This document shows positions 14,200 through 26,620 of a stretch of DNA of 64,000 nt, piece after piece. The stretch is taken from positions 22,878,001 to 22,942,000 of the forward strand of contig NC_135762.1 of NCBI RefSeq assembly GCF_052425735.1, written 5' to 3'. Source of the stretch: Oculina patagonica. Its lineage: Eukaryota. How positions within the stretch are numbered: the stretch's first letter is position 1; each line of letters starts with the position of its first letter. The notes below the pieces were generated by a model. That model did not search any database. It saw nothing but the letters and a program-made list of their open reading frames with translations, and was not told where the DNA came from. The position numbers were made by a program, and so were the translations under genes.

Positions 14200-14491
14200 T
14201 GAAATTACTCGCCCGATTACTCTCTGAATTGTACTCCACTCAGTCCAATTACTATTACTTATTTAACAGTAACTTGTGCAGGGCAGCTATTACTAGCTTA
14301 TCTAGACATTTTTTAACAATATTCGTTTCGTTTCCTTCCTCACTTTAGTTCACACGGTAGACTGTTCAGTTCAGACAGAAGAAACGACTGAAGCCCTGTA
14401 CGCTTACGACAACCCAGCCGCAGTAGATAATAACTACAAGGGGAATGAATTTGTTGTAGATATCAGCGATAAAGCTCGTGTTGTCAACTAA
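4966..14491 (+). CDS. MFSD12: MFSD12-like major facilitator superfamily (MFS_2/GPH) transporter, 9 coding exons, ~780 aa if the exon-4 frame is repaired
   Basis: Exons bounded by GT-AG: 4966-5510, 8284-8395, 8715-8814, 9301-10164, 11553-11645, 11755-11847, 12279-12550, 13210-13325, 14349-14491. All phases join except a +1 frame discontinuity inside exon 4. MFSD12-type motifs: FSVGHVLND, YGKRKSFHLLGT, GWALSQVTHLALIPE, FHLGTKE, WIDWFKTPMFYK, YMCARL, IAYFPLV, SGAFVFASMS. Confidence 0.88.
5599..5629. repeat. (AG)n microsatellite
   Basis: About 15 AG units in MFSD12 intron 1. Confidence 0.9.
6927..7321. mobile_element. Kolobok-like MITE
   Basis: TTAA|aggaactgtatcacgg ... ccgtgaaacagtccct|TAAA. 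Confidence 0.6.
10435..10922 (+). mobile_element. L2 LINE 3' fragment (nested in a short MITE-like repeat ~10293-10980)
   Basis: Translates, with frameshifts, to KLHWLPVRYRI..LLVYKALHGAAP..YGERAFAVAAPRLWN; L2-type 3' stem gcgcca...tggcgctata and a TTA-rich tail. Confidence 0.8.
12132..12214. mobile_element. Short palindromic MITE, same family as 39200, in an MFSD12 intron
   Basis: ctcgttcccagggtctctc...gagagaccctgggaacgaggttg, flanked by direct ttaacgc. Confidence 0.7.
13851..14258. repeat. Two adjacent inverted-repeat elements (non-autonomous, unclassified)
   Basis: atcgtatctataacaaaatt...aattttgttattgatacgat (13851-14130), then a foldback with ~38-bp arms, gtaattggactgagtggagtacaattcagagagtaatcg...cgattactctctgaattgtactccactcagtccaattac. 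Confidence 0.65.
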
Positions 14492-14567
14492 GAACTTAAG
14501 TCGAAGTTAGCAAAACAGCTTGGCTGACAAAGCGCCAATTAAAACGCCGAGGTTTTGCGCAAATGTA

Positions 14568-14616
14568 CAACCTCGTTCCCAGGGCTCACCAAGGAAAAAC
14601 CCTGGGAACGAAGTTG
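14568..14616. mobile_element. Short palindromic MITE, same family as 39200
   Basis: caacctcgttcccaggg...ccctgggaacgaagttg; TSD gcaaatgta/ccaaatgta. Confidence 0.75.
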
Positions 14617-14629
14617 CCAAATGTACTAA

Positions 14630-14803
14630 CAGTCGAAACTCTCCATACGGACACCTCTAATACGGACACCCCCTATCACGGACTGTACACCCTTTATGAA
14701 AAGGCCTAAAACTGTTGTTAACTCTACTTCTGTAACATGGTCAAATCTATAATACGGACACTCTTCCATGTCCCTTGGTGTCCGTATTAAAGTGGTTCGA
14801 CTG
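14630..14803. mobile_element. Degenerate Tc1/mariner-pogo-like MITE
   Basis: cagtcgaa ... ttcgactg|TA ends with atacggacac subrepeats. Confidence 0.65.
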
Positions 14804-16023
14804 TAATAGCATTCCAGGCCATTGTTTCGCTCGTCACGGTCCGAAGTGTTGCGTGACGAGCTATATTGTGGCCGCAAAAGAGACTTAAATCCTATTGACT
14901 CTAAGAGGATTTAAAATGGGCTAAAATTAATGCAAGGTTTGGTTAAGTATGATCTGTAAGCGCATACGCGTGGCGTGGCGTCTGCAAGTTAAGGGGCAAC
15001 TAAAAATCCGTTGAATTAATCTGACTAGTGTCACTTAAACATGTTATGACAATGGAAGACGTAAACGTCTTCCTTATGCAGGTATCGGTGGCATTCCCCT
15101 ATTGTGTAGACCCTCGGTTGATTTAAATGACAGGGTGGGGGAGAGAGACGAGTGCTCGGAGGAGGGTGACGAGGGTGGGGGAAGGGATGGTGTACCTAGA
15201 ATGCTGTGAGCAAGTTTGATTTTCCCAAGGCTGGAGTGGGGCAGTTTTACCCAGAGTAGTGCTTTCCTTAAATTCCATTCTGGTAACTGCGCTATATACT
15301 ACCGTACGCCAGAAAACATAATGATGTTTCTTTTTATTAAGAACCAGAAATGCTGGATACCACGCAATGGTTGCACTTATAAAAACACGCCTGGTGCTAG
15401 TGATCTATACAATGTGCTGTAATGTTCTGATAACAAATGTGAGAAATTTGAGATGTTACGCTTTGTTAACGTTTTCCTGCGAAAAAGACCGTTAAATTGA
15501 TCCATATCAAATAGTTACAACCGCACAAATCTAAACGACAAACGACAATTGTATCTCTAACTTCTTATAATTATTAAATTTCACATAATAATGAATGGCT
15601 ATGCAAACCTAATACAATCTATCAATCCAGGTTAAATGTATTTGCTGAAGCAACGCAAGAATATGCTTGATCACGAAAACTGCTGTCACGTTTACACAGT
15701 TTCATATTAGTTAGTCTATTCGGTTATCAAATAGTTACAACCACACAAATTTAAACGACAAACGATACTTTTATCTCTTACACGATGATAATTAAGGAAG
15801 TGTAACTAGTTTCCTTTCGTCAACTTTCTTATTATTAAATTTTACTTATAATAATTATGAATGGCTTTGCAAAACTCATACAATCTATCAATTCAGGTTA
15901 AATGTAAATGCTGACGCAACGCAAGAATATGCTTGATCACGAAACTGCTGTCATGTATTTAAATTTACACAGTTTCATTTCGAAACATTAGTTAGTCTGT
16001 CTGTAAGCTGTTTGATGTCTCTT

Positions 16024-18070
16024 TTAATAAACAAACCATTTTGACGGCGAGTCGCTATGTTTGCATTCTTTCGATTCACTTGTTTCTTTCCAGTTACACC
16101 GCTGACCACTTTCGTCTACCTCGCAGTGCTCAAACCGCCTCCAGCAAATCGATTTCCACGTGCGAGACAGCTCACGTGCCTTCTGTTCACATCCGGGTAA
16201 CCTCTGGTCGCATTCAGAGTCTGATCCAGAACACTTGTGAGGCTTGAAGCGGCATTGTCGACACCCCGCCTCATAGTACCCCCGAAGGTTCGCTTTTTGA
16301 CGTGAGGTCACTTTGCCCCAGGGCTCCCGCAGGTCAGAGAATTTCGTGAACAGCTTACCACCTTCGATAATATCGCCGTATATGAAGTACTCTGTCCCCA
16401 TTTTGATCCCAAATGGTCCAGAAACTGTGTCTGACATGTAACTGTAGGGTGTATAGAGCTTCGTCGTAAGTTCTGTGTCCAGCACGCCAAAAGCTCGTTC
16501 TTGTTGGCCGCGTGAGATTCCTTTGAAAACTTCTTTAACGGTGATGACGAAAACGTCATGATGGCCCACTTTTTTAGGCCCTGATACAACAATGGCTCGT
16601 ATCACTAGAATAAAAAACAAGGGTTATTATAATTTGTTTTCCTAAAGGCCAAAAGAGCACTCTAAGATGAGGGACCTGAAGGGGTAAAATGGGAACTGGG
16701 ATTTGCCTGTTTTTTCATCCTCAATATTCCACTGGAAAATGAGATTTGAGACACTGGGAGTAGGAATCACAAACCAAAAATAGGACCTGGACTGGGATTT
16801 ACTGGATCAGGGCAAAAAATGGGCTCGCAAAAAAAATGGGATTCATGCCCCCCCCTCCTCCCCCCCCTTTCAGGACCTAATACAAAATATGAAAACTGAA
16901 ATGATAAACCCAAACAAAGGCTTGGTAAGCTTGTTACAGTGCCCTCCACCTTTTCGAATAATACTATTGATAATATTTTTAAGGTATTGACTAGAAACGC
17001 TTAAAATAAAAAAGAGAGAATGGGTGCAAAAAGTGAAAGCAAAATTTTAGGCAACAACTCGAAGCATGATACTTTGCAATCGTGTTTGCTGGTTTGGTTT
17101 TCTCGCAACTTAGTTTTTTCGCGGGATCTCGCGTGACTAGAGCGCGAAGCCGGCGCGAAAAGGGGGTTACGCGCGCGCAGGTAATGACTAAACTAATCCA
17201 AGCTATGATTTCGCAGTTTAACAAAACGACTTAAATACCGGAAGATATTAATTTAAGACATATTTCGCAACTCGTAACTCCGGAAACAGACAACGGCTCA
17301 CTTCTTTCAGTTACGATACTGTTTTTGCGGCCCAGACCAATTCTTTAAAAGATATTTACTGTTGTAAATGAAGTAAATTCTGCCATAAAATTAATATTTG
17401 TAGAACTTAAAGTATAAATCCTGAAAAATTTAAGTGACTGATCTTCAGGAAACCGCAGATTTAATAACGTTAGTGGATACTTGAGAAATAGAACTTTGTT
17501 TCTTTTAACCGCTCAGATTTGACAGCGTGAATGTTAACGAACACGACTAATTTAGAGCAAAGAAAAAAGCGCCGTAACGCTCAACCGAAACGCGTATAAA
17601 TTCATCAAATGTTGAGTACAAAATCCCAAAATGTTCTTTATACTTAACTCGAATGAGATTTTTTATGGTTTGATATTCATTTTGACAGAAGAACACGACC
17701 CATTTAGAGCAAAAAAGCGCTGTAACGCACGGCTGAAACGCGTACAAATCCATCAAATCTTGAATGACAAAATCCCGTAATCTTGAGTTTTTCAAAGCAC
17801 AGTAGGAAAATTACGACTTCTTTTTATTAAGAAGCTGGCCGTCCCGCGTTCTTTCAATACGTTGGCTATGTAATTTGCCTTTCAAAATTTCTCTCTTCTC
17901 TCGGCACAAAAATGACAAAATTTCCTTTATCGTGAATTTGTAAACTTACCGAAGTCTGCTTCACAAAAAGCTTGCTGTGGGTGTTCCAACTGCATAAGTC
18001 CTGCGTAAACGATAGCATAAGACGAAGATAGGACACATAAGATCACCACTAGATAAAAGTGGGCTGCCAT
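16024..18070 (-). CDS. TIMP: TIMP-like secreted protein, copy 1 (two-domain, 233 aa, lacks N-terminal CxC)
   Basis: Exon 1 18070-17950 (MAAHFYLVVILCVLSSSYAIVYAGLMQLEHPQQAFCEADF, donor G|GTAAGT), phase-1 intron, exon 2 16604-16024 (VIRA...VKEVFKG...LYTP...EYFIYG...YEAGC plus a Cys-rich C-domain). HPQxAFC, VIRA and FKG are TIMP hallmarks. Confidence 0.88.
16668..16879. mobile_element. MITE-like element in the TIMP intron, shared by all three units
   Basis: gagggacctgaagggg ... cccctttcaggacct ends with internal actggga repeats; also at ~32343-32540 and ~51786-51980, so it predates the duplications. Confidence 0.55.
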
Positions 18071-18162
18071 GGCATACGACTTGTACTTTAGTTTTTTGAT
18101 GAAGTACTTTCTCGCTTTCTTCAGGGAAGTTCTTCTGATTTGAGCGTGGTTTTGTTCATCTG

Positions 18163-18170
18163 TATTTATA
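18163..18170 (-). promoter_or_regulatory. Putative TATA box of TIMP copy 1
   Basis: TATAAATA on the minus strand ~95 bp upstream of the ATG; conserved in copy 2 (34115-34122) and copy 3 (53312-53319). Confidence 0.5.
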
Positions 18171-21100
18171 CCCTGCATGTGGGCATGGGAGAGTTAGTGT
18201 AGGCGTTTCTTTAAGGAATTCGACACATTATCTCCATAACTCGAATTTCTGATTTTTAAGTGTTGAGTTGTGTCTTTTCCGCCGAATTTTCCAGCCCTGC
18301 AACTCCTTAACCCGACAAGACAGAAGATAATTGTAGTTTTCTACTCGTCCAGACATATTTATCGTTTCTAGCGTTTCTTTACGGATTAGGCAAATAGTAA
18401 TCACGGGAAAGAATAGTCATGGGTGAATAGACTCCTGACACGGCCCATTTTCACCTTGTGTGAGAAAAACTGTTATCTGTCTACACTCATCTTAGCTAGT
18501 GGATAATTGCAATGTAAACAAGATTAATTACGCACACATTTACAAACGATAAAAAAGTCACGAAGAAGGGTCAAGACTTCGTTCTAAAACAGGAAAGCTG
18601 GCACGCTTTCCAATAAGCTCTGGGCTATTTCCCTTCGGATTATATGTATTTTTGTGGCCCTTCGTTTTCGCCTGTCCTTGCTAAATTATTGCTAACAACC
18701 TGACTAAACAACATAGGTCAATCTTTACTCTCGCGTTTATTTCAAATTATCCCATAAATATTGACTTTTCTATAAAAACAACATTGATTAATTTACAGTG
18801 TTTTTCGGACAAGAAACCTCACAACATATATTATATGTTTTTTTTATTAGCGACGGCGAACATGTTAAATCGAGTTAAACAAAAGGCGCGCACTTTCTAG
18901 CTCTGTCGGATGTAGCCCTTACCACACCTTCAGCCTTTAGCCATCTTTTGCGTTTAAGTGAAAAAAAAAAAAAAAAAAAAACTGAAGTCTTACATAAACA
19001 GGAAGTTTATCATTCGTTTGTTTGGCACCGTATAACGTGCTTTAATTAATTGTTTCTTGTGGAGTCTTACGTCGATTAACTCAGATTTGGTCACGTCTGT
19101 TTACTCTGTTAAGTTTTCCCGCCTAATTTGATTGCTTTGCGTAACTGCACCGACCGCAAAAACACCCAAGAGCTCGAGATGAACAGAAAATTACTGTAGG
19201 TTTACTTTAGAGAATGGCTCATTTCAACAAAAGAAATAACTTAAATATTTTCAACTCCATGCACCAAGAATTTTGCAAACATTCTCCGTCACCGCACCAT
19301 GCCCGGCTGCGGTGAAATGAATCGGTTTTTCCTCAGCTCGTGTCCAAAAAACATCCCAACGAATCCCAAGTCAAAAAGGGTTATTGAGCTTTATTCTAAA
19401 CAATTTGAGAAAGTTTGCTACTACTGACCTAAAGTTTTCTTTAGGCCAATGGGAAATGAATGAAGAAAGGGAAGCGGTATATACGTGCCCAGCCTCTACA
19501 CTCGAGAACTAGAGCTAAGAAAGTACGTGTATAACGTGACCGTTGCGCGTGAAGTCCCTCACTCGATCAAGTTCCTCGTTTTTACGCAACGTAGCGAAGG
19601 AGACAAACGCATGCCTCGCGTTCCCCAACTCGAGTAAGCACGTTTATAAAATAAGAGATTAATAATATAATACACTGCCAATCAGACATGTGCATGGTGA
19701 GAAGAAAGAAAGCTATTGAGTAGATATTTCCACCACAGTCCTGATTTGAACTTGGTTGAAATAGAGGAAACACATAAATAGAGGATTCTGGAAATACGTG
19801 CACCGAGGGTTACAGTCAACAACAGATGAATTGTCACGAAAACCTCTCACAAGCAATCTTTCTGGAAATAAAAAAAAAAATATGCATTTTTTAAAAAAAA
19901 TTCCTGAGTGGTGAAATGTAAATGAAATAGGAAGATCTAGAAGTTATTTTTGACACGTGCTTTTTTTTCTGTCACTGAAATCTGTTTTCATCAAGTGGGT
20001 AAATAAAAAAAGAAATTAATAAAGAAAATAATCAAGTAGAGGATAATTATATATAATCTCGATGTACTATATATCAAATCCTCAGAAGCGACATTAAAAA
20101 AACCATGGCAACGAGGAAAAGAAATTCACATGCAAAACGAGTTAAGGCCTGGAATAGACTGATTTACTGAAACATGCACAACCTCGTTCCCAGGGCCTTC
20201 TACGCATGTCAGAATATTGTTAGAAGGCGCTAGGCGGACAGAAAGTCATATGGAGCAATACACATAATCAGACGACGAAATCAGCTTAAGCAAAGAATCG
20301 ATCTAATATAAGATTTTGAATAGTTATTATTTTATTTTATTTTCGAATTTTAATAGCCGGCTTAGCAGGCGTGATGAGGTTTCAATTTCATCAGCCGATC
20401 ACGCCAAATGTTTCTGTCAAAAACCAACTGTTATGATAGTCTAGAATTTGGACGGTAAAACAAAGAAGGAACTGTTTTTATATTACAGACAACTAGGTAA
20501 ACCGTCTGATTCATCAGAATCCGATCTAATAACGCAAGAGGTTTGGCATCACAACTGTACAAAGCAGAGGATTATTTTTTTCTGAGGTACCACCCCTAGA
20601 AAAAAAACTTTATTGGCCTGAAATTTGGGTGAACTTTGAGGCCTGTGACAGAGGTGTCCTAACAGAGTGTAGGTAGATGGTTAAGTCCCGTTCGTGGGAA
20701 CAGAGAATTTTCGTATAATGGTACAAGTCTTGTAATAATCTCTAACAAGAGAGTTAAACGAAACCAATGCTCTAGAAACTCACATTACCACGCATTATCT
20801 CTTTGAGATGCTGAGGTATCCTTTAATCCATAGTGTCACATTTCATTAAATGGTAATTAAGTGGATTTAGTTTTTTTGCGGAAACTTTAAAAGTATAAAC
20901 TGCCTGCGGTTGGAGCTGGACTGTCGGTCAGGTCAAATATGGGGTGTTATTCAGTTTCAGGGTGTTATTTCGCAAATACGAATGTTTGGAATGTAACGGT
21001 AACGTATATCGCAGCTGTGATATCTGTGATAATTGTATATTTCTAAAACGACTGCTCAGTTTCATAACCGCAGTGTATATTTGATTTGACATCAATATAT

Positions 21101-21839
21101 CGGTAATAAACAAATTAGCTTTAAAATATTTAAATCGTGAGTTAGTTTGAGTTGCCAAGTCAGAGTCGGGAAAAAAACCCAGACATTTTTCGACCGGTAT
21201 CTTCTTTGACGCCTTCTTTCTCCCAAGCTCTTTTCCAGGCTCTATGACAAACATATTTCGTATTTTTACCCAACTGCCCTTAAGTTTAATGTCAAATATA
21301 TTATTGGAATTTTTCCGTTGTCCTGTCCAAGTCCATTTAAGGCAAGTTAAGCTCCAGGTTTAAGATTTAAGGCTTTATCCGGTGGCGGTAAGTCAGTTTT
21401 GTTAACGTTGCTGAGAGCAGCAGAAATTTACCTCGCCTACACATTTTTTAGGGGAGCAGATTTTAACACCCACCCCGGAGATATCCCAAGCGTGTTTCAG
21501 CGCGCAATTTACTGTAATAAATTAAGAAACGCGATAAAATTACCGGAAACGTTTCTGTAGACAAGTTAAGATAGACGTGAGCCGCTTTTTCATTAGGTAC
21601 TTCTGCTTCATTAGGTACTTTTAGCTTGATTAAAAATCAGGTTCAGCTTGTATATTTCCAGTTTGTATATGTTTGTACATCAGAGGGGCTAACGCTAAGC
21701 ATTACATATTAAAAAAAATAACTAAGTTGAATGACAGAGGAAGAAAAAAAATTCATCTTGCACACCGAACTTGAAAATGATGCATGCAGTCATCGAAACG
21801 TCATTCGTATCGTCAAGTTTTATTCCATTTTTTCCGACA

Positions 21840-24800
21840 TTTTATTTTATTTTATTTTTTTTTATTGAAACAAAACAAACATCTACAATACTCACATTAA
21901 CTACTTACTTACAACAGTTTGATTTTAATTACATAGTTACATTAATTGTTAATAAATATTATTGATTAATAAAGAAAAAAATAAGCTACTGACATACATA
22001 AATGTACAAAATTCAGAGACAGCTATACACAGAGTAACCACAGCTTTGAAAAAGATGGGTCTAATATCGAGTTCCTTATTATGGGTTTACAATATTGAAA
22101 GTTATGAGTTCAGATCAATTCGCTGATATGTAAGCTTGCGTTAAGCAGCTGTCAAAGCAATCAAAGGTTTCCATTTATTTATAAAATCCTTATTGGAAAG
22201 TGTTTGTTTCTCCTAACGTGCATGGTGGTATATAATCTTAATAACGGCTGAAAGCTGTGGCAACGTCTGCTGCAATTTACAAGTGTATAAATAATATCGT
22301 GCAATTAAGGAACGTAAGTCAAGCAAAATGGAGCAGGATTCTGTGTTAAATCCTAGTGCAAGAAGTTGATTGATCTCTTCATTTCTGTTTAGTAATCCGC
22401 GAGAAATAAACCAGGCATTCAAAGCTCGCCAGATATTCTGTGATATAGGGCAGCTCCAAAAAAGATGGTAAAGCATTTCTTTATCTGACTTGCAAAAGCT
22501 GCAGAGGTCATCCTCCGTTATCCTAATCTGTTTTAAGAAAGCGTTTGTTGCTATTCTTCGGTGATTGAATTTAAATTGGAAGTTTCTAAGTTTTGAGCTT
22601 TTGGTACAAGAGAAAGGCTTGATATAAATCTTTTGCCAAGTACAGAAGTCTATCAGTTCTCTTAAACTACAGTCTGTAGTCCACTTGGCTTGACTTTTAT
22701 CTGGTTTAGTTTGTACTGTAGCCACCAAGGTTTTGTAAATTGTTCTACTAACTTTATTACAAGTTGAAATTTTTTCATACCATTCGCTTTCTATGTCCTG
22801 GTCATCAATAGGCTGTTGCTGATTAATACCTTTTCGAATTTTACTCAATGCTGTTGTTATACCATAGTACTCAATAAAGGATGTTTTAATATTGTATAGT
22901 GCTAGAAAGTCTGTGTATCCTAAAAACAGGTTGTTTTCTGTGATCTGCTTTACTTTGTTAATACCTTTATGAATCCAGGATTTGTAATTAACAGGTTTGT
23001 TTCCTACTCGTATCAAAAAATTGTTCCACAAATGCATGTTGAGGAAGTCATTAAACGACGAAGGACTGTTCTTAAAACTGATATCTGACCAAATTTCAAG
23101 AAGTTCTCTTAAAAACATATCTTGTATATTCATTTTTTGTATATCCTTTTTATCTAGATTACATTTAAAGGCATTGTGTATAACAGAAAAGTTTTTTCCA
23201 TTTACCATTGTTACTCAAGTCTAGATATTTCTTTATCCACGTTACCTTTAATGATTGGTTAAAGGTCACAATGTCTATCATTCTGGCACCTCCTTCTTTG
23301 TAGTCATTTATCATTATTGAGCGTTTAATCTTGTCGCCTTTACCGTCCCATAGAAATTTATAGAACAAAGTGTTAATATCTTTCAAAGCACTATGGTGTG
23401 TTGGAAGAGGCGTCAAAATATAAACAAGTTGAGATACTAAGAACGTTTTGATGATTGTTATTCTTCCGAACATATATATAGTTAGGCGCCGTGCTGCCCA
23501 GTTTTCAGTAATGTTCCTTATTTTCTCCGTTTTTTCTTTATAGTTTAACGCTAAGGATTTTGTACTGTTTATAGAGAACCACACACCCAAAGCTTTAACT
23601 GAATCTTTGGCCCATTTTAGATTTCTTTCAGGAAACAAAACTTGTTCGTTGTTGCTTAACGCTCCGATCCAGAGAGCTTCAGTTTTTTCGCTATTCATCT
23701 TTAAACCAGAGATATTATAGAAAGCGTCCAGCATGAACAACGAAGCCTCTAAGGATTTTTTGGTACCGTTTAGTATCAGAGTTGTGTCATCTGCGTATTG
23801 ACTTATTTTCACCTCTGTATCTTCTACTAAAATTCCTTTTCACTTGCTTTGCTTTTTTCGTGCGACGAGGTGTTTTCGCTTTCCAAAACTTTCGTTAATT
23901 GAGTAATCTCATTTTCTAGTTGGGCTTCCTGGTTCTTCAAAAGTGTTTTCTTTTTCTTGGCATATCTTATGGAGCTTTCTCGCACTTTCAGCTTGATCAT
24001 TTCCCAAAGCAGCGAGTCATCAACATTGTTATCATTCTCGTATTCTTTTTATTTGTACCGCTGCGATGGTTGATTTTATCCATTCAATGTATTCAATTCC
24101 GCTTAACAAAGACGTGTTAAGTTTCCAGTAACCTGGTCCCCTTGGATTGACATGTATGCAAATCCTTGGTTAATCAAATATCATGTATGCAAATCCTTGG
24201 TTAATCAAAAAATAATCCAATCTGCAATGTATTTCGGGATTTTTTTGTCTCCATGTAAATCTGTTATCGTCAGGATGCATATCTCTCCATATATCGGTCA
24301 AGTCTAGGTTAAGTGCGGCTTCGCTTAATCTTTGTGCGGCTTTTCTATGGGTTTTGGGATTGCCCCCTTTCTTATCCTTTTTTAAATCCTGAACCAAATT
24401 GAAGTCTCCGCCAAAAATAATGTCATCGCAAGTAAAATCTAATAAGAGATCGATAACTTTTTGTATAAAATCAGGATCATCCTTGTTCGGAGCATAAATG
24501 TTAATCAGCGTTAAGATTTTTTCGTTTGTTTTTATGTCAACTATGGCGAATCTTCCATCTGGATCGGAGCGTTGTTTGAGAATTTGAAAAGAAAAGTTAT
24601 TGTTAAATAGAATGCAGACTCCTGCTTTGGAGCTGGTGCAGTTGCTAAATATTGCGTTATAGCCCCATTCATTTGCCCATAGTTTCGAGGTTTGTTCAGT
24701 TGAGTGCACTTCTTGAAGGAAATAAACAGAGTATTTTTTGTTACGTAGCCATCTAAAGGTTTCACGACGTTTAGTGTCGTCTACTAAGCCTCTTACATTC

Positions 24801-25319
24801 AGTGAGCATATTGTAAACTCAGTCATATCACAGCAATGTAGAAAAAAAAAAACTGTGTGTACAAACCCATTACTGTAATACCGTGATAGTAGGCCCAACA
24901 AGATTGGATATTATCATAATTGCTGTCTAACACACAGAAACAACTAAATGAACAAAAATAACAATAAAAGTTTAACAGTGTAATGTGTTATCTCAATTGT
25001 CAACTTCATTGTCGCGGCCGGAAATGCACACGATCGCATCGCCTTCCACTAGCGAATCACAGAGAACTATGAACTATGAGTGTTAGCTAGGCGGAGAACG
25101 CCTAAAATTGAGGGAAAAAGAAAACTATGTACTCACATCAGCGCTTGAAGCGATTCCTTGGCTTTAGCCACGGTAAAGTTCAAGCCAAATATCGTTATGA
25201 CCGCCGGCGCCTTCAAATCAGCCCGTATAGTCTAGTTCCGAGTCCTAATTGATGTGGCTAAAGACCTTTGCTGTCTAAAGCAAGCTCAACATTATCTGTA
25301 CCTGGCAAAACGAGCCGAC
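21840..25319 (-). mobile_element. L1/Tx1-clade LINE, internally deleted and frameshifted
   Basis: APE endonuclease ORF 24901-24170 (SLNVRGL, FLQE, NIYAPN, GGDFN, RLDYFL); RT C-terminal half 23812-23165 (QYADD); zinc knuckle in 23208-22213 (CSFC...HLFWSC); A-rich tail at ~21840-21865. The RT N-terminal half and ORF1 are not visible; the 5' boundary is approximate. Confidence 0.9.
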
Positions 25320-25637
25320 CGGTTATCTGTGTTTAACCGCCTAAAGCTCGGTTTGAGGTACGATAACAAGCGACGCACAACTTGCAAATCGTAAGACTTT
25401 CACCTTCCTCCGGCAAACTTCCTTTAGACAGCAGAATGGAAAGCTATAGATCAAAACTGTTCTACTAGCTAGCGCGCGCACGCAACTAACATTCAAATGA
25501 TAGAGAGGGGTTGGAGTTAGAGACTGGGCTAGACTAACCACAAGTAAATCTAGAGGGAGGGAGACGGGGGGGGGGGAGAGACAGGAAGGAAGAAAAAAAA
25601 AGTAAGATTGAATTCACTACATTAGACAGGGCGACAT

Positions 25638-26620
25638 TTCGTTGGAAGAAAGCCGAACAATTCTCCGTATCCTCAAAAAAAAAAAAAAAAAAAAAAAAAT
25701 GAAACCCCATACATTTCTTAACAACCCGATAGCCACCTTTTATCAAATCAATTAACAATCGACAATCCATTGAACAAATTTGTGCACAAGAATAAGTTAT
25801 TTCTGTCCTAACGCAGCTCTGTGAATGTAAAATCCATCAAATTGAAACAAGAACCGATTTAATGAGCCAAATTTGAGGAGTAATGAATTAGCTGAGTTTG
25901 AGTTTCAGTAAATCAAAGCTTTAATCTTAGATGTCACCAAGCAGTAACACACACACACTTCGTTGGAAGAAAGCCGAACAATTCTCCGTATCCTCAAAAA
26001 AAAAAAAAAAAAAAAAAAATGAAACCCCATACATTTCTTAACAGCCCGATAGCCACCTTTTATCAAATCAAGTTAGATTGTGCACAAGAATAAGTTATTT
26101 CTGTCCTAACGTAGCTCTGTAGCTCATTTCAAGCGATAATAGTCCACAAAGTGAATGTAAAATCCATCAAATTGAAACAAGAACCGATTTAATGAGCCAA
26201 ATTTGAGGAGTAATGAATTAGCTGAGTTGGAGTTTCAGTAAATCAAAGCTTAAATCTTAGATGTCACCAAGCAGTAACACACACACACGTAGTATGACCT
26301 TTTAAAGACCATTAAACCTAACAGTAATCGAGTCTGCCCTCTTATTTGACAAGGAATGGGTAAACGAGAGTGAAAACACGACTTTGGTTCAATAATTCAG
26401 CTAAAATTTGTCTTAACTCGACAATCCATTGAACAAATTTGTGCACAAGAATAAGTTATTTCTGTCCTAACGCAGCTCTGTAGCTCATTTCAAGCGATAA
26501 TAGACCACAAAGTGAATGTAAAATCCATCAAATTGAAACAAGAACCGATTTAATGAGCCAAATTTGAGGAGTAATGAATTAGCTGAGTTGGAGTTTCAGT
26601 AAATCAAAGCTTTAATCTTA
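25638..26620. repeat. Irregular tandem repeat of ~115-210-bp modules (continues at 30060-30218 after the Academ insertion)
   Basis: Module a at ~25638 and ~25959; module b at ~25781, ~26079 and ~26440; module c at ~26289 and ~30092. Confidence 0.85.

Larger units (their letters stand above)
15038..21839. repeat. Segmental duplication unit 1 (contains TIMP copy 1; right end interrupted by an L1/Tx1)
   Basis: Collinear near-identity with units 2 and 3 from (aacatgtt..)gacaatggaagacgtaaacgtcttcc; homology stops at ttttccgaca (cf. 47541-47550). Confidence 0.9.

Noticed and set aside
16024-16620. ORF-track starts (MFFIL..., MAFGK..., MQGIN...) as real TIMP N-termini
   Set aside because: They are intronic or 5' UTR read-through. 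The proper acceptor (TAG) and a signal-peptide exon give the spliced model.
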